Counted from the stretch's first letter, positions 11,051 through 24,335 are shown. The stretch: 64,000 nt of DNA from Spirogloea muscicola (GCA_009602725.1 WELB01000013.1:856561-920560); one strand, 5' to 3'. The notes: generated by a model not told the origin, from the letters alone. A program made the numbers and translations.

Positions 11051-13297
11051 TTAGCCTGCGGCACAGTCGGGCTCATCGCCAAGCTCCCGGTTGGGTGGGC
11101 CGGCAGCACGGGCAGTGGTGTCGGCCTGCTCGAAGAGGGACGGGCCGGGGTGCGCGACTAGGCCGCCGCCGAGGCACTCCTCGCCATCATACAGCACGAG
11201 GGCCTGGCGTGGTGTCACTGCCCGTGCTGCCGTGTCGAAGTGCGCACACAGCACATGTTTAGGCCCGGCTTCTGCAGCAGCTGCAACTGGTGGCGGTAGT
11301 CGGCAGAAGCGGCTCGCCACAAATGAGCCGTCGTTAGAGCCGGCCAGCATGAGCGCAGCCTCACACAACCCCGGCTCCTGCGCATACCGCGCCTTGTACA
11401 AGAACCTGACGTGCTTGCCATGCTCGAGCGCTGCTGGTGCTTGACCAGCCACCCAATAGAGCGAGTCTGCCATGCAGCCAAGACTAGAGCAGTTAGCGCA
11501 GCCGAGTGAAGCGATGGCAGCTTATTGACGAAGGCAGTAACAACGGCAGCAGTGCTACAGCAGGTACGTACCGGCAACAGCGGTGGTGCAGAAAAGGGCG
11601 GGGTGGTCAGGGCCGCGAGCGACGAACAGCGACCCAAGCCCTGCGTCCTTGCCGACAACAAACCACGGCTCAGGAGCCCCGGCGATGCACGCGCGCTGGC
11701 CGTGCGTGTAGCGGGGCAGGCCACCAGGCGCTGCGCCCAGCGCTGTACCGCTCTCAACGCAGACGAACTCCGCGGGCGCAGCTGCGACGTACTCCGCCAA
11801 GAAGTCGGCGAAATTGCGGTGCCCAACGAAGCAGATGCCCGCGCTGGACGCACAAGCGCTAGCAGAAAGGCGTCAGGGGAGAGGTACAGATGGGTGACGG
11901 AGGATGAGGGGGCATGGGAGGGCAGGCCTGCTCACCTGCTGCGCTTGGCAGCCACCGGCAATCCGACCTCTGCAGCCAGCCTCCGCACATCCGATTTTTG
12001 CAGACTGCCGAGCGGGAAGAGCACTCGCCGCAGCGCCTCCTCCTTCTGCCTTGGCACAAGCACTCAGATATCAGCATCCAGGATCAAGCATCTCTGCCAG
12101 CGTGCGGTCGTGCAGGTGGCAGCACGGTAGTCGGGCGTGAGAGGCGAGGCCGGCCACTGACCACTCCGGCGAGGAAGTAGCTTTGGTCCTTGGCACGGTC
12201 AGCGCCCCGGAGAAGCCGGGCGCGCTGTGTGCTGGCCTCCCTTGCAATGCGCGCATAGTGACCGGTCGCCAGCACGTCCGCGCCGCCCTGCAGCACGTGG
12301 CTGAGGAGAGCGCCAAACTGCGCTCGCGCGGGCGCCAGACCAGAACAATCTCTCAGCAGGCGATATCAACAATCAACAAAAGCAAATAGCCCTTAGCTTG
12401 TATATGCTACTGCAACTGTGCCTCCAGGTAAACTTTGTGGACACAAATAAGACAGGTCCTCCAGCCTGACTCATGTACTTCACTGGGGCTCGAGATGACA
12501 CCCTGATCTTCAAAAGCAAAGATTAGTCTAAAGCCCTAGACTTTGAACCCCGACTCCCCGGACCCTAGGTCCATGGTGTGTCGCACCTTGATGTGGCGGT
12601 TGCAGCTGAGGTCGGGATTGGGCGTGAGCCCTTGTTCGTACTCGGCCAGGAAGTCCGCAAACACGTCCACCCAGTAGCGCTGCACAAACTCAACCTCCTC
12701 AAATGGGATGCCTGCGCTGCCGTCCAGCGGCCGCAACCGCGGGATGCTCAAACAACGGCACTGTGATGACGACCGGCTGGGGCTCGCCTCAGGGACAGAC
12801 AAGCGGGGAAACCGAGCTGCTCAAGATTTGGATAAGATTGATCTGATACCTAAGTGTCGGCAGACCGCCTGAGCGTCACGACGGTCGTCGTCGAGGGCGC
12901 AGCGAGCGGCACCGGCCTCGTCTGCTGCGTCCCAATTGCGCATGAAGACGCCGACGACGTGGTAGCCAGCGCGCCGCAGCAGCATCGCAGCGACTGCCGA
13001 GTCGACACCACCCGAAAGGGCTACCGCCACCGTCGTGCGTGCAGGGTCATGCGCCGGGTGCTCAACGTCGGAGGCGCTCGCCGCCTGCGACAAGCACGTC
13101 GCCGCGCCCCGGTGCGGCCACGGCGGCTGCCCCGGCCGCGGGCCCCGTCCACTGCCAAAGCTCCGGGACCAGATGGGCGCCCATGTTCCAGAGCTTCGAC
13201 CTGCAGGCATGTCCGCACTGCTGCCGAGACACTGGCACCGGGCGAGCATTGTTGAGATGCAGCGCTGCAGAAGCGCGGCGGGCTGGCGGCCGCCCAT
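11051..13297 (-). CDS. mnmA: tRNA-specific 2-thiouridylase MnmA/TRMU (likely organelle-targeted), multi-exon
   Basis: [18 protein letters not shown] (PP-loop), [38 protein letters not shown] and C-terminal [21 protein letters not shown], in GT-AG separated exons. Arg/Ser-rich N-terminal extension. Start codon uncertain. Confidence 0.92.
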
Positions 13298-13460
13298 GGC
13301 GCGCCCACCATCCGCCGCCGCCGCCGCCACGCACCTGCGGCACTCAGTCACGCCTGCTTCGTCCTGCCGGTGGCTGCGCCGTTGTCGGGGTCAGGGGCCG
13401 CCGCAGCCTCAGCTCCCGGAGCCGGCGCCGCGGCGAGCGCCGCGGCCTGCTCCTCGAAGG

Positions 13461-13722
13461 TCACCAGACCGACCTCGGCGACGAACCTGCGTTGCCGCAG
13501 CCGGCGGCACTGGGCGTAAGCTCGAGCTCGGCCAGGCGACGGCCTGGCAGCGGCGATGGCGGCAGAGGCGGCGGCGGCGGCGGCGCCCACCAGTTGACGA
13601 GCGCGAGGAGGGCGGCGGTGAGCGCAAGCAGCGCGGCGACGTGGAGCGCGGCGAGGGGGCCCGCGTCGGCCGCGATTGGCGTGGCCAGCGCCAGCGACGA
13701 GCCCAGCGCCAGCAGCGCAAGG
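13461..13722 (-). CDS. 3' end of a small hydrophobic (membrane) protein, 5' part in gap
   Basis: Open frame out of the gap, LALLALGSSLALATPIAADAGPLAALHVAALLALTAALLALVNWWAPPPP...PRSVW*. Two hydrophobic stretches; no recognised family. Confidence 0.4.
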
Positions 13723-14249
13723 NNNNNNNNNNNNNNNNNNNNNNNNNNNNNNNNNNNNNNNNNNNNNNNNNNNNNNNNNNNNNNNNNNNNNNNNNNNNNN
13801 NNNNNNNNNNNNNNNNNNNNNNNNNNNNNNNNNNNNNNNNNNNNNNNNNNNNNNNNNNNNNNNNNNNNNNNNNNNNNNNNNNNNNNNNNNNNNNNNNNNN
13901 NNNNNNNNNNNNNNNNNNNNNNNNNNNNNNNNNNNNNNNNNNNNNNNNNNNNNNNNNNNNNNNNNNNNNNNNNNNNNNNNNNNNNNNNNNNNNNNNNNNN
14001 NNNNNNNNNNNNNNNNNNNNNNNNNNNNNNNNNNNNNNNNNNNNNNNNNNNNNNNNNNNNNNNNNNNNNNNNNNNNNNNNNNNNNNNNNNNNNNNNNNNN
14101 NNNNNNNNNNNNNNNNNNNNNNNNNNNNNNNNNNNNNNNNNNNNNNNNNNNNNNNNNNNNNNNNNNNNNNNNNNNNNNNNNNNNNNNNNNNNNNNNNNNN
14201 NNNNNNNNNNNNNNNNNNNNNNNNNNNNNNNNNNNNNNNNNNNNNNNNN
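13723..14249. other. Assembly gap (N run)
   Basis: 527 N. Confidence 0.99.
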
Positions 14250-14391
14250 GACGACGCTGCGACGGCGGCGGCGCTGCCGCCAGTGACGGGCGTGGACCGC
14301 GTGGGCGCCGCCGCACGCCGCCGGCCCGGCGAGAAGGTCCACTTCTGCTGGCGCTGCAACCTGCCCGTCGCCATCTACGGCCGCCTGGTGA

Positions 14392-14426
<35 letters not shown>

Positions 14427-15716
14427 TGCAGCACCCGGCTCAGCCATCGCAGCCTCTTGGGCTCGGGCCCTGCTGGGAGGGGCCACTGATTCTGCTGCTA
14501 GCGTTGCCGCCGCCAGGACCGCTGCAAGCACGCCTTCTGCCTCACCTGCGCCAATGAGGCGCAGCGCTGCTACCTGTGAGCTCGCCAGCCCTCAGCCTCC
14601 GCTTATGCCGCTGCCCAAAACCTCTTAGCCATGGACCCTCCTGATTCCCCTGAGACCCAGAATCCTGCTGCTGCGCAGTGCTGACATCCCGGCTTCATCT
14701 CATGATGCCAGTACCAAGCTGCTGCTTCGGAACCAAACCATTGTATCTTGGTATAGTGACCCATGTATTGCCGTAGACAGCATATGCTTAGAAAAGTTGT
14801 GAATGTCTCCGTGTGCGCGGCCAGCTGCTCCGCCGACACCGGCGGCGGCGGCGAAGGCGGCGGCAAAGGCAGCGGCGAAGGTGGCGACGGCGGCGGCGGC
14901 GTCACCGCTGTGGGCCGCGACGAGGGCCTCTTCATCTGCGGCGCGCCCGGGTGCCTGCACGCCTTCCTCCGCCGCCCGCACTTTGTTGCGCACCTGCGCC
15001 GCGAGCACGCCGACCTGGCGAGGGCTCCGGCGCCGCGGCCCCAGCCCCTGCTGCCGGCGCTGCCGCCGCTGACGGCCAAGAGCGAGCCGCCGGCACCAGC
15101 ACCCCCTGTGGCCGCCGCTCGTCCCCCTCCGTCAGGTCAGCCGCCACTGCTCCCAGTCGACCTCCAGTAACGACCGTGGCTATGGGGGTCGCTGACTGCG
15201 TCCTCGGCACTTACTTGCTGATGGAACTCGTTGTGTCCAGGGAATGCTCCAGCGTCAGCGCCGGCATCAGTGGCGCAGCCATGGAGGGGGGGCGGCCCTC
15301 AGCCGCCTCCAGGGCCGCGGCCGCTGCTGGCACCGCCTGCCATGGCCGGTCACGGGATGCCCCTGCCTCCGCACTTGCCGTCCCCCATGGTCATGGACTT
15401 CAACGGAGGCGGCGGCAGTGGGGGACCGGCGCCAATGCGGCCGCCGCCTTTCGGAGACTATGGGCCGCTGCCAGGCATGCGACCGCCGCCGCCGAGCCCA
15501 TACATAGATCCTGGCGGCCGCGGCGGCGGCGGCGGCGGCAGCGGAGGCTTGCCAGGCGAGGACATGCGACCGACTGCCAACCCCGGGCGGTTTGGCGGCC
15601 TCAGCGGGCCCCCGGCACTCGATGAGCCGCCGTACTTGCCGGGAGGTTACGGGTGGGGCGTGCCACCGCCTGGCGGCGGTGTAGGCTTCCAGGGACGGCC
15701 CTGGGGCCCACCGTGA
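14250..15716 (+). CDS. HAKAI: E3 ubiquitin ligase HAKAI/CBLL1 homolog (m6A writer-complex subunit), 5' end in gap
   Basis: GEKVHFCWRCNLPVAIYGRL | DRCKHAFCLTCANEAQRCYL | C (RING), then EGLFICGAPGCLHAFLRRPHFVAHLRREH (C2H2-like). Pro/Gly-rich last exon 15241-15716. Matches plant HAKAI architecture. Confidence 0.88.
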
Positions 15717-16951
15717 CATGGCCTTCTCCTTGCTGCAACGCAGACCACCGCCATTGCCACTGGCAACCCCTCACAACCTCCAGCCTCCTCCGGCCCCTAT
15801 CTAATATGATGTAAATCTATGTACAGCGCGAGCATTGACGCGCTTTCAGTCTCAATAGCTTGAGAATGAAAAAGCAGTTGCGAAGCCTTCCTGACCTTCT
15901 CCCTCAACGTGGCGACGCCACTGCCATGAGCCACTCACACAAACACGGTGCACCTCTTGCTTCATGTGCAAGCTGTGCAGAATGTTTGCAGCACTAGGTG
16001 AACGATGCGGAGGCCGTGGACGCCTCTGCTTGGTATTGGTGACCGATGCTCATGTACCCGATTGACAGAATTATGCACCGGACTGAACGATTGTCAGGAA
16101 CAGCTTGGGGGGCTGAGCAGGGCTGCGCTGTGAGAGGCAGAGGCGGCGAGATGGTTCATCATTGAGCACAGTGATGGGAAATATTGCTATACTATACTGT
16201 GTTGTCTGGCATTAAGAAGTTGCTGGCCTGCAGATTGCCACGGGGTATTCATGCGAGGCAAGTCCGGCTGCAAAAGGCCATTTCCAGCACACACCAGTAA
16301 CACCTGCCCTGTTGAAATGGTGGAGCCTAAACTTGCAGAGAAGTACCGTCGCATCGGAATTCTCACTCTGCCCATGACTTCACAAGGCAAAGGAGGATGC
16401 CACAGCAGGCGCGAGATGCAATACTAATGCTCGCCACTGTTCTTGTACTCAGATATAGCTGCTTGGTGCAAGGCAACTACACTGCTATTGGCCACTGCAT
16501 TGGTCAAGTATCAGGTGCACCGGCCCCTGCTTCGTCAGGGCCGCTGCCAGTTACAGGAGCGAGCAGCTGATGGAGTCAGTAGGCGATAGCGCTCAAATAA
16601 CTGAAGGCTCTTGCAGTACTGACACAACCACACACTAGCACTATGCTGTGATGTCACAAGTTTCCACCATAACATGCGAGCAGATCTTCTTAGCTCTAGG
16701 TCCACCCTTTGCTGAAGGCCAAGTGTCACAAACTCTGCATGCAAGTTTTCGGCAGGTGCGCATCAGTACACCAGCATCGGACAAGACGCAAGACGCTGCA
16801 GAATATAACTTGGACGCTTTATTTACAAGAAAGAATGAAAGAATGCTAGCAAAGGGTATCAAGTATAGGTTGACGAATCAGGAAGCTTGTTAAGGGCTTC
16901 AGGAATAATATTTAGTGTTAACAATAATGGATGAGATTCAATTTAGTAGTA

Positions 16952-19900
16952 CTAGTCTCTCCAGTGGTCCTCATCAATGGGGATGCCAGTGGGGCCGTTG
17001 GCAATCTGCCAGCGGCGGCGGCATATCATGTCGGCATCGTCAAGCTCCCACAGGCCTTTGTCAACCTGCCGCGCTAGCTTGGCATCTTTGCCCAGCTTCC
17101 AGTTGTTGTGAAGCACAAGGCAGCCATGCACTGCGCATGTGCCCCGCACGTCGTCCTCGTCCCAGAGGCCCAAGGCGGCCCCATTGGGATACTTGTGCCG
17201 CGGCAGGAACTGCTAAAAGCACCATAGATTAATCAGAGGCGGTCGTAACCTCTGTGATGATCAAGTGAATAGCATAGACATTCGTAGTGGTACATATGAT
17301 ACGTATAGAGCCCAAGTAGGCATACCTGAATTGTGAGATTGGTGCCAGCGTGCACGCACTTGTCATGGCCAAGCCGGAAGGGCCGCTCCGGATATGGTCC
17401 ACACAATACTTCGTAGAAGCTTGGCTGCAATGACAGCATACGCAAGTACTGCTGAGCACGTCCAATACTGAATATACACATCAAATCTTGGAACAATTGC
17501 CTGAACATACATCACAGCCTGGAGCTACATACTGCCAATGCTCATACGTGTTCACTTGAGCATAAGGTTGGCCTAAGCACCTGCTCACTGAGATTGGTGG
17601 CGGCGGCATGCCGAACAATCTCATCAAACGCGGCAATGGTCTGCGGCTCTGCTCGGGCCAGGTAAAAGCCCGAGTTCATCTTGTGCGTATTTAGTGGCTC
17701 TGCCCCATCAGAACCGACGCATGTCCAAATTGTATAGTCAGCAGCAAACCCTTTGCCTTGTCTGAAGACAAAGCAAAGCAACGGAGGCACGGCATGGCAA
17801 GGTACGGCAGGACAAGGCAAAGCCTGCCAAGGGAACGGCGAGGTAACAGCAAGGCAGGGCAAGGCAAGCAATGTGAGATTCTCAAATTTGTGACAGCTGC
17901 TAACTCCTCAGCACCACTTCCAACCACAAAACAATGCAGCCTAAGCTCAAACCACCAGACCTTTTGTAGTTCCATATGACTTTGCACAGAGTCTTGACAG
18001 CGGCGGGGTTAGTCACACCTGAGTCATTGGCGTGGTCCGCCTGTATGGCAAGCACTCTCGGGCCATAGGAGAGGAGGTCCGGGAGCGGATTATGGAACCA
18101 ATAGACGTCGACGTCGCTGAAGAGGACGCTGTAGCCGAGCCTCAGGACTGGCAAGACAGTTCGCGACTTTACCTGTTACGGATGTACATTAGCCTTGTCA
18201 AGGTGTGCCTGAGCAGCATAGAAGTACCACATATCCTGCATGTGATCAATAGTGAGGTACTGACAATATAAAGCTTGGCTTCGATCTTGACCAGCGAACC
18301 TTGGTGATCCTCGTGAAGCAAGCGGTGTAAAAATGGCAATTTTTAGGGTCAAATTTGTCGTCATTAAAGTCCAATTGGTATACTGGAAGGCCCTGCCAAA
18401 GGCAGCAAAGCAGGGGAGTGAGTGGAGTGAGCGTCAACGTGAAACCATGTCACGGTGATGGCTTGCAAGCCTACGCTAGCCTTAGAACTTGTAAGTCTCA
18501 GGACTTCGTATCATGTGCTATGCAACTAAGGGTTCCGTTCCAAAGATATTGGTCAGTGGGGCTTCAGAGTTCAGAGAAGTATAGGCCAAATGAGGCTCCA
18601 AAGACCTGACCATCAATCCCGGACTACAGACTACATGCCGACTGCGATTGTGCAATTCATGTACTGCCCACGTTTTGGGGAAGGTAGCATCTGAATCAAA
18701 GCTGCCGTCAAAAGGGTCTACTCCTTTTCTCTCACCTGCAGCACAGCAAAGTGATATGTTTCACTGTCGAGGGCGGCGACCACAAAGTTGGTCACACGCA
18801 GCTGGCGGAGGCGGCACGCCCAGCTCATGAGGAAGTCCAGGTAGTTGCGGGCGACAACAGTGAGCACAACGACTCCGCCACCCTCGCCAGCCTGCTTTGC
18901 CAGCAGCTCGTTGCGGCCAAGCGGCAGCTGCACCTGCAGCTGCTTAGCTGCCTCCAAAGGCAGCCGCGCTAGTGAGCACGAAGACAAGCCTTTGCTTTGG
19001 CCCCATGGTGACCCGCACGGGCAGCGGGGCCGCAGCAGCCTCCGCTGAGCTGGGCCGCCACTCCTGACTCTGGCATCATCCATGGCCGGCAGCGCAAGCC
19101 TCCAGCGGCGCTGCCGCTTCGATGCTGACCCATGCTGTCGCCCGGTGCCAAGACCGTGAGAAGGCCGTGGAGGAGCGCATCGGCACGCCCACTGCGTCCT
19201 CCTTTGCTGGAAGCTGAGCCAGCGGCCGTCCTTGCCGAGCACGAGCCGCAGCGGTACATCGTCAAGCTCGAGCAGTCTTCCCATGCCGTTGGGCTGCCAC
19301 CGGGCGGCAAGGTGTGTGTTGATGTCCACCTCCCAGCGTTCGCTGCCCGGCTCCAGGTCCGTGCCACCAGCGCTGGCCAGCTGGTACTCGACAGCCGTCA
19401 CAGCGTCGCTGGCGTCAACGACGAGGCGCGGTGCGCCGCTCTGCAGGGCTGCGGCGAGCAACCATCTTGATGGGAGCTCCATGGCCACGTTGGCAAGGAA
19501 CGGTGGCACAGGGCCTCCAGCATGGAGGGCGGCCCCTCCAATGTCCCATGCCCACACGGCTGCACCGCCGCACAGGTCCTGCCAGCCGTCCTCCCTGGCG
19601 TGCAAGTGCAGCTCGTAGTCCTTCCCGCCACCTCCATGACCGTCAACGTCGAGGTCCCCAGTGGACCAGGACGCCGGAGCGGCAAACCGCCAGCTGGCTG
19701 CGGCCAGCAGCCACTGCTTGCGCTCGCCATGGAGCTTGGCGATGGCGGCAACGAGGGCCGGGAGGAGGACCACGGAGGGCCTCACGAGGACGGCGACGTC
19801 CGCGTCGGCGGCTCTCGCCCTCGCGAGCACGCTGCTGAAAAGCGGCCGGCCCAAGAAGCTGGCGACGAATGCCAGGCACGGAACCGGGAGGATGAGGGTT

Positions 19901-20226
19901 CGGAATACTCAAGCGGCCATGAGCGGCACTGACGCTGCACTGGCAATGCAGGCGCTGCGGCAGAGGTGACAAGGCTTCACGACTGTAACGGTTCTGGGTT
20001 TATGCTTTGCATTAAGTTTTTACTAAGTTTGTGTAAGAGTTGTATTATATCATGGTTTGATGGACAAGATCATGTCAAGTCAGGCCTGCTGGGCGCAACC
20101 GGACCTCGTGTCGACGTCGGGCTCCACAGCGACCCGGCCGGGGTGCTCGGCGGCGGCGGCGGCGAGCGACGGGTGCGCGCCGAGCAGGACGACGCGGGCG
20201 CGCGGCGCGGCGCGCAGCCAGGAGGC
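16952..20226 (-). CDS. RAY1: Nucleotide-diphospho-sugar transferase (GT77), beta-arabinofuranosyltransferase RAY1-like; 5' end lost at single-N join
   Basis: SWLRAAPRARVVLLGAHPS..VEPDVDTR | FLGRPLFSSVLAR; NYLDFLMSWACRLRQLRVTNFVVAALD; NCHFYTACFTRITK; VLFSDVDVYWFHNPL (DxD motif); MNSGFY; LSEQ; LHNNW...GLWELD, ending ...DHWRD* at 16952. Confidence 0.85.
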
Positions 20227-20389
20227 NGCAGGTGGGCTTGTGGGTCAGCAACACACCACAGGAGCTTGTAAGCTAGACATGAGTGCACTCGTAAGTGTTA
20301 ACGTCAGTTAACGTCAGTGGGACTGAAGCACTGGGAAACGAAGTACGTGAATAGGAGGGTGGTGTGAAGTGGGCATGGGGCCGGCGGAC

Positions 20390-20643
20390 CGCTTGCCAAT
20401 GCGGTGGAGGGCGTCGCCGGTGGCGAGGCGGTAGAGCGCGATGGCGACGCGCTGCTCGACGGGCACGGCCTTGCGGAAGATGGTGTCCTCCTTGGCGATG
20501 GACCGCCCGATGTCGCCGCAGATGGCGGCGAAGGTGGCGCGCCCCATGCGGAAGGCGCGCCGGAACTCCGCCTCGGGGAACGCCGCGCTCTGGCACCGCT
20601 CCCACCACGCCCGCGACCGCGAGTGCGCCCACAGCTTGCGCTC

Positions 20644-20674
<31 letters not shown>

Positions 20675-20781
20675 CTCGGGCCGCCGCCGACGTGGCAGCC
20701 CTTCCCCGCCACGTCGGATGAGTCTGGGTCGACCGGTGAACACGTGGCGCCTCGCAAGCCCGGGGGCCCGTTTCCTGCCAC
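20390..20781 (-). CDS. N-terminal exon of a Harbinger-transposase-derived protein (ALP1/HARBI1-like, At5g12010-type); DDE domain not present in the assembly
   Basis: RKLWAHSRSRAWWERCQSAAFPEAEFRRAFRMGRATFAAICGDIGRSIAKEDTIFRKAVPVEQRVAIALYRLATGDALHRIGKR, followed by a GT donor at 20389. True start not resolved. Confidence 0.8.
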
Positions 20782-22143
20782 GACCGGACCAAAGATGGCG
20801 ACCAGCCCTTCCCGCCAAAGTCTGCACCAGCCCGCGCTTTCTGGCGGGAGCCGCTGGCCGCGCCAAGCAGCGCGGGAGCTTCGCGCGCGCCCCCTGCCTC
20901 CTCCGCCGAGGCGGCTCCTGCATCGGCTCCTCCATTCTAATGTGACCTTGACCAGCCTCTGTATGCACCTGGCTGGCTTCTACAGCCGCTCTTTGTAGAT
21001 CAGCAGCTGCGTTCTCCTAGTGCCGGAGGCCGGGCACGCGGTTGGCAAGGCCGAGAACGGTGAAGAGCGCAAGCACGCGGGACCGCTCTGCCGGCGACGA
21101 GTTTGACGGACACGCTGGTGATGGACGTGCACGGGGCGTTTGGCAGTTGATAGCTGGACCTCCTGTAGCGGCGTGCGCGCAGCTCTAGCTTCTCACTTGG
21201 CTGCAATACGCTGAGGTATGTGACGGGTAAATCGTTGCTGAACAATGCTGAAGAAGGCCTGCTTTTCTCTTGGAAGTCAGCTTAGAGGTATTCACCTCCA
21301 TGTCACTCCTCAGCAACTTGAGTAACGTGCCAGTCTGCCTTCTTACTGCAAAATGGAATCGTGGAATTGGCAAGCATCTCGATTTTGTATTAGAAGAAAT
21401 AGTCAATGAGTTCTTGATACTCCGAAGAAAAACCTTCTGTATTGGTATTGGATCGCTCCTTCTATCCTCGTAGAAGGAGTGAGACACTTCCTCGAGAAGA
21501 GCCACTTCTCCATTGTCTGAACCACTGTGTAATCGATGATCAAACAGCTTCTTTTGAGCGTCCCGTCGGCCCCAAGATTGCGGGGCTGACGGGGGCAAGC
21601 ACATACTCACAATACATGGGCCCACCGTATGTCACCTTCTTACTTGCCGAAATTTCTGTACCAGAAGGGAATTACCGCCAACGTGCAATCGGAGTTGCAA
21701 GACGCGATGGATGCAGCTCTGCATGTTTGCTAGGGGATGCTTAAGATGATTCTGCCACACCAAGCAGCCAGGAGCTTGCCTAGGTTGTCGCATAGCTTAT
21801 GACAACTTCTTAAGTGGGTGCTTTGGCCTCCTTGATGCTGTCGACGTGACAAGCCGCCCTGGGTGCGATGCAAGCCACCGAGAAGGCTAGGGAAGCTGCT
21901 CAGCTGTGTCTAAGTAGTTCGCTAGATTAGCCAGGATAGGAACCACGACAATGAATGCCAGAGCGAAGCGAAGTACAGGAGCATTTGCAAGACTACGTTT
22001 CACCCCTGTGGCCTGAGATCGTCAACATAAGCAGCACAAGGCCAAGCTTCGATTGAAATAGGCCATAAGCACGCACAGGTGACCATTCGCGAAGTATTCT
22101 CGAGGGGCATTCCAGCCATATTTGGTGCGTCAGTAGGGCCGCT

Positions 22144-22542
22144 TGACAGTCTTCCTGCTCTAGGCTGCTCCTGATTTTGCTCCTGTCGTTCGCGTTCATC
22201 AGCCATCACTTCTGGCCTCCTCCACTCAGAGTCCTCCACTGCACGTCTATTATCCGGAGGACCAGCAGACCGCCCTCGTCTCGGATCTGCTCATGGTAAC
22301 ACACAAAAATTTAGTCTGGTAACACACAAAGTCCAGAGTAGCACAAAGGTCCGCCTGCCGCAAACACAGCTGGCGAGCACACAGCTCCGCCTGGCCCGCG
22401 CACACATGCCGCAGAGTCGCCCAGGCCAACAGTCCGATGTGCCGGGGCCTCTCTTATTTAGGGAGACTCTCACGGCCCAGAAGGACGGGAGGGATGGTCA
22501 CCCATTCCGGCCCGTTGATTCACCATATTACTACATTCAACA
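22144..22542 (-). repeat. 3' LTR of copia element
   Basis: Aligns along its length to 23926-24335; preceded on the minus strand by the PPT. Confidence 0.9.
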
Positions 22543-23925
22543 CTCCCACTTAGTATGGGAATCAGCCAGACCTAGTTGTCTCCTACATCTATGGGCTTAG
22601 GCAACCCGTTTGTCAAATTGTCTGCAGTCATGCCTGTGGTACTGCAATATTGCATTCTGACGACTACTACTTTTTCTCTGACGCAAGTGATGTTGTATCT
22701 AAATGATTATATTCTTGGTACGAGCATGGTAGAAAGGAATTTTTATCAATGCAATACTGCCCTGACTATCACTGAACAGAGTAGTTGCATCAGATGAGGA
22801 GAGAAACCCACACTCTTGAAGTAGAGGTCTCCTCAACCAGGTTGCTTCCTTCACTGCTCCAGTAGTAGCCATGTATTCTGCTTCTACAGTCGAAGTTGCT
22901 ACACTTCGCTCTGCTCGACTACTCCAACTCACTGCACCTCCTTCTCTAGCTAAATTACATAGCCTGTTACTGATCTTCTGTCGCCCAGACTTCCTGCCCA
23001 ATCAGCATCACAAAAATCCACCGGTTCATCAGAATAGTCTCCTACTGCTTGGAATGTCAGAAAGATATTCTTGGTTTCCTGCAGAGATCTCAGTATTCTT
23101 TCCACAGCTTACCAATGTTCTCAACCAGGACCTTGCTCAAACTGGGCATCCACTTCCACTGCTGCTGCTATGTCTGGACCACGCTGCCACAGCCACATAC
23201 ATCAAATATCCCACTGCCTCTCTATAAGGTACCTGTGCAATCTGCCGCCTGTGATCATCATTCTTTGGTCTCTGATCCTTGCTCAATTCTCTTGTTCCTT
23301 GTGGGGTAGATGTAGGTTTGCAGTCTTGCATACAGTCTTGCACACAATCTGTCCAGGATTTCAGTAATGTACTTCGACAATCCCAATTGTAAGACCTTTT
23401 GGCCTGTATCTCTCTTCACTTGTATGCCCAATGAGTACTTCAAGGGCCCTAGATCCTTCATTTTGATTCCACCACTCAGCTTTTCTTGCTTCACTCTTTT
23501 CACTTCATGGGCTGAATTTCCCAGTAGGATCACATCATCTACATACAGTGCCAGAATCAATCTAGCAGATAGTTCCCTCACATATACACTATGATCAGAA
23601 ACCTGCAGGTTGCTGCATGTGGATTTCCTCCTCTAAATCTCCATAGAGAAGCTGTAGTGACATCCATCTCTTCTATTTCCCAGTCATGTATAGCAGCCAT
23701 GGCTAGCAAGCTCAATGTAATGCCCCCTGGGGTCAAGTGCCAGCTAATTAATATCCTCTCGGAGTAGGCCAACACCGCACACGATCCGCGCTGGGTTCTA
23801 CAGCATCCCAAAGTCCCCTATACTACAGTAGTCTTGTCATCTTGTCTTTCCAGACTATCAAGTTCGTATGTCGAGATAGTCTGGGGATGAGAACAGGGAG
23901 CGAGCCGCCCTATGGGGTCATAATC

Positions 23926-24335
23926 TGAAAGTCTTCCTGCTCCCGATGTTGCTCCTGTCGTTCACATTCATCAGCCATCACTTCTTGCCTCCTCCACTCA
24001 AAGTCCTCCATTGCATGTTCGCTCTTATCCGGAAGACCAGCAGACCGCACTCGCCTCGGCGGTGCAGACGCAGATCCGCTCACGTAACACAGAGCTTAGT
24101 CTGGTAGCACGCAAAGTCCAGAGTAGCACGAAGCTGCGCCTGGCCGCACACAGCCGGCGAGCAGGCAGCTCCGCCTGGCCGCACACAGATCCGCACACAG
24201 AATCGCCCCGGCCAACAGCCCAGTGTGCCAGGGCCGCCATTATCGAGGGAGACTGTCACAGCCCAACCAGGATGGGCGGGAGGGTCACCCATCCCGCCCC
24301 GGTGATTCACTATGTATACTATAGTCCATTCGACA
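23926..24335 (-). repeat. 5' LTR of copia element
   Basis: Starts TGTCGAATG on the minus strand, followed by the PBS-like sequence; aligns to 22144-22542. Confidence 0.9.

Larger units (their letters stand above)
22144..24335 (-). mobile_element. Ty1/copia LTR retrotransposon, internally deleted and degenerate
   Basis: Two TG...CA LTRs, perfect 5-bp TSD CCGCT (22139-22143 and 24336-24340), PPT AAGTGGGAG (22551-22543) and degenerate PBS GATTATGACCCCA (23925-23913). Frameshifted RT/RNase H remnants HDWEIEEMDVTTA, LALYVDDVIL, DLGPLKYSLGIQV, PYREAVGYLMY and GGAVSWSS..STVEAEYMA. No gag/PR/IN recognised. Confidence 0.93.

Noticed and set aside
17765..17870. Degenerate GGCAA-type pentamer repeat in a RAY1 intron
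   Set aside because: Ordinary decayed microsatellite with no further structure.
20227..20390. In-frame Harbinger-RAY1 fusion gene
   Set aside because: The donor is phase 2 and the putative acceptor would be phase 1. The junction contains an N like the other single-N joins at 42022, 54198 and 59974.
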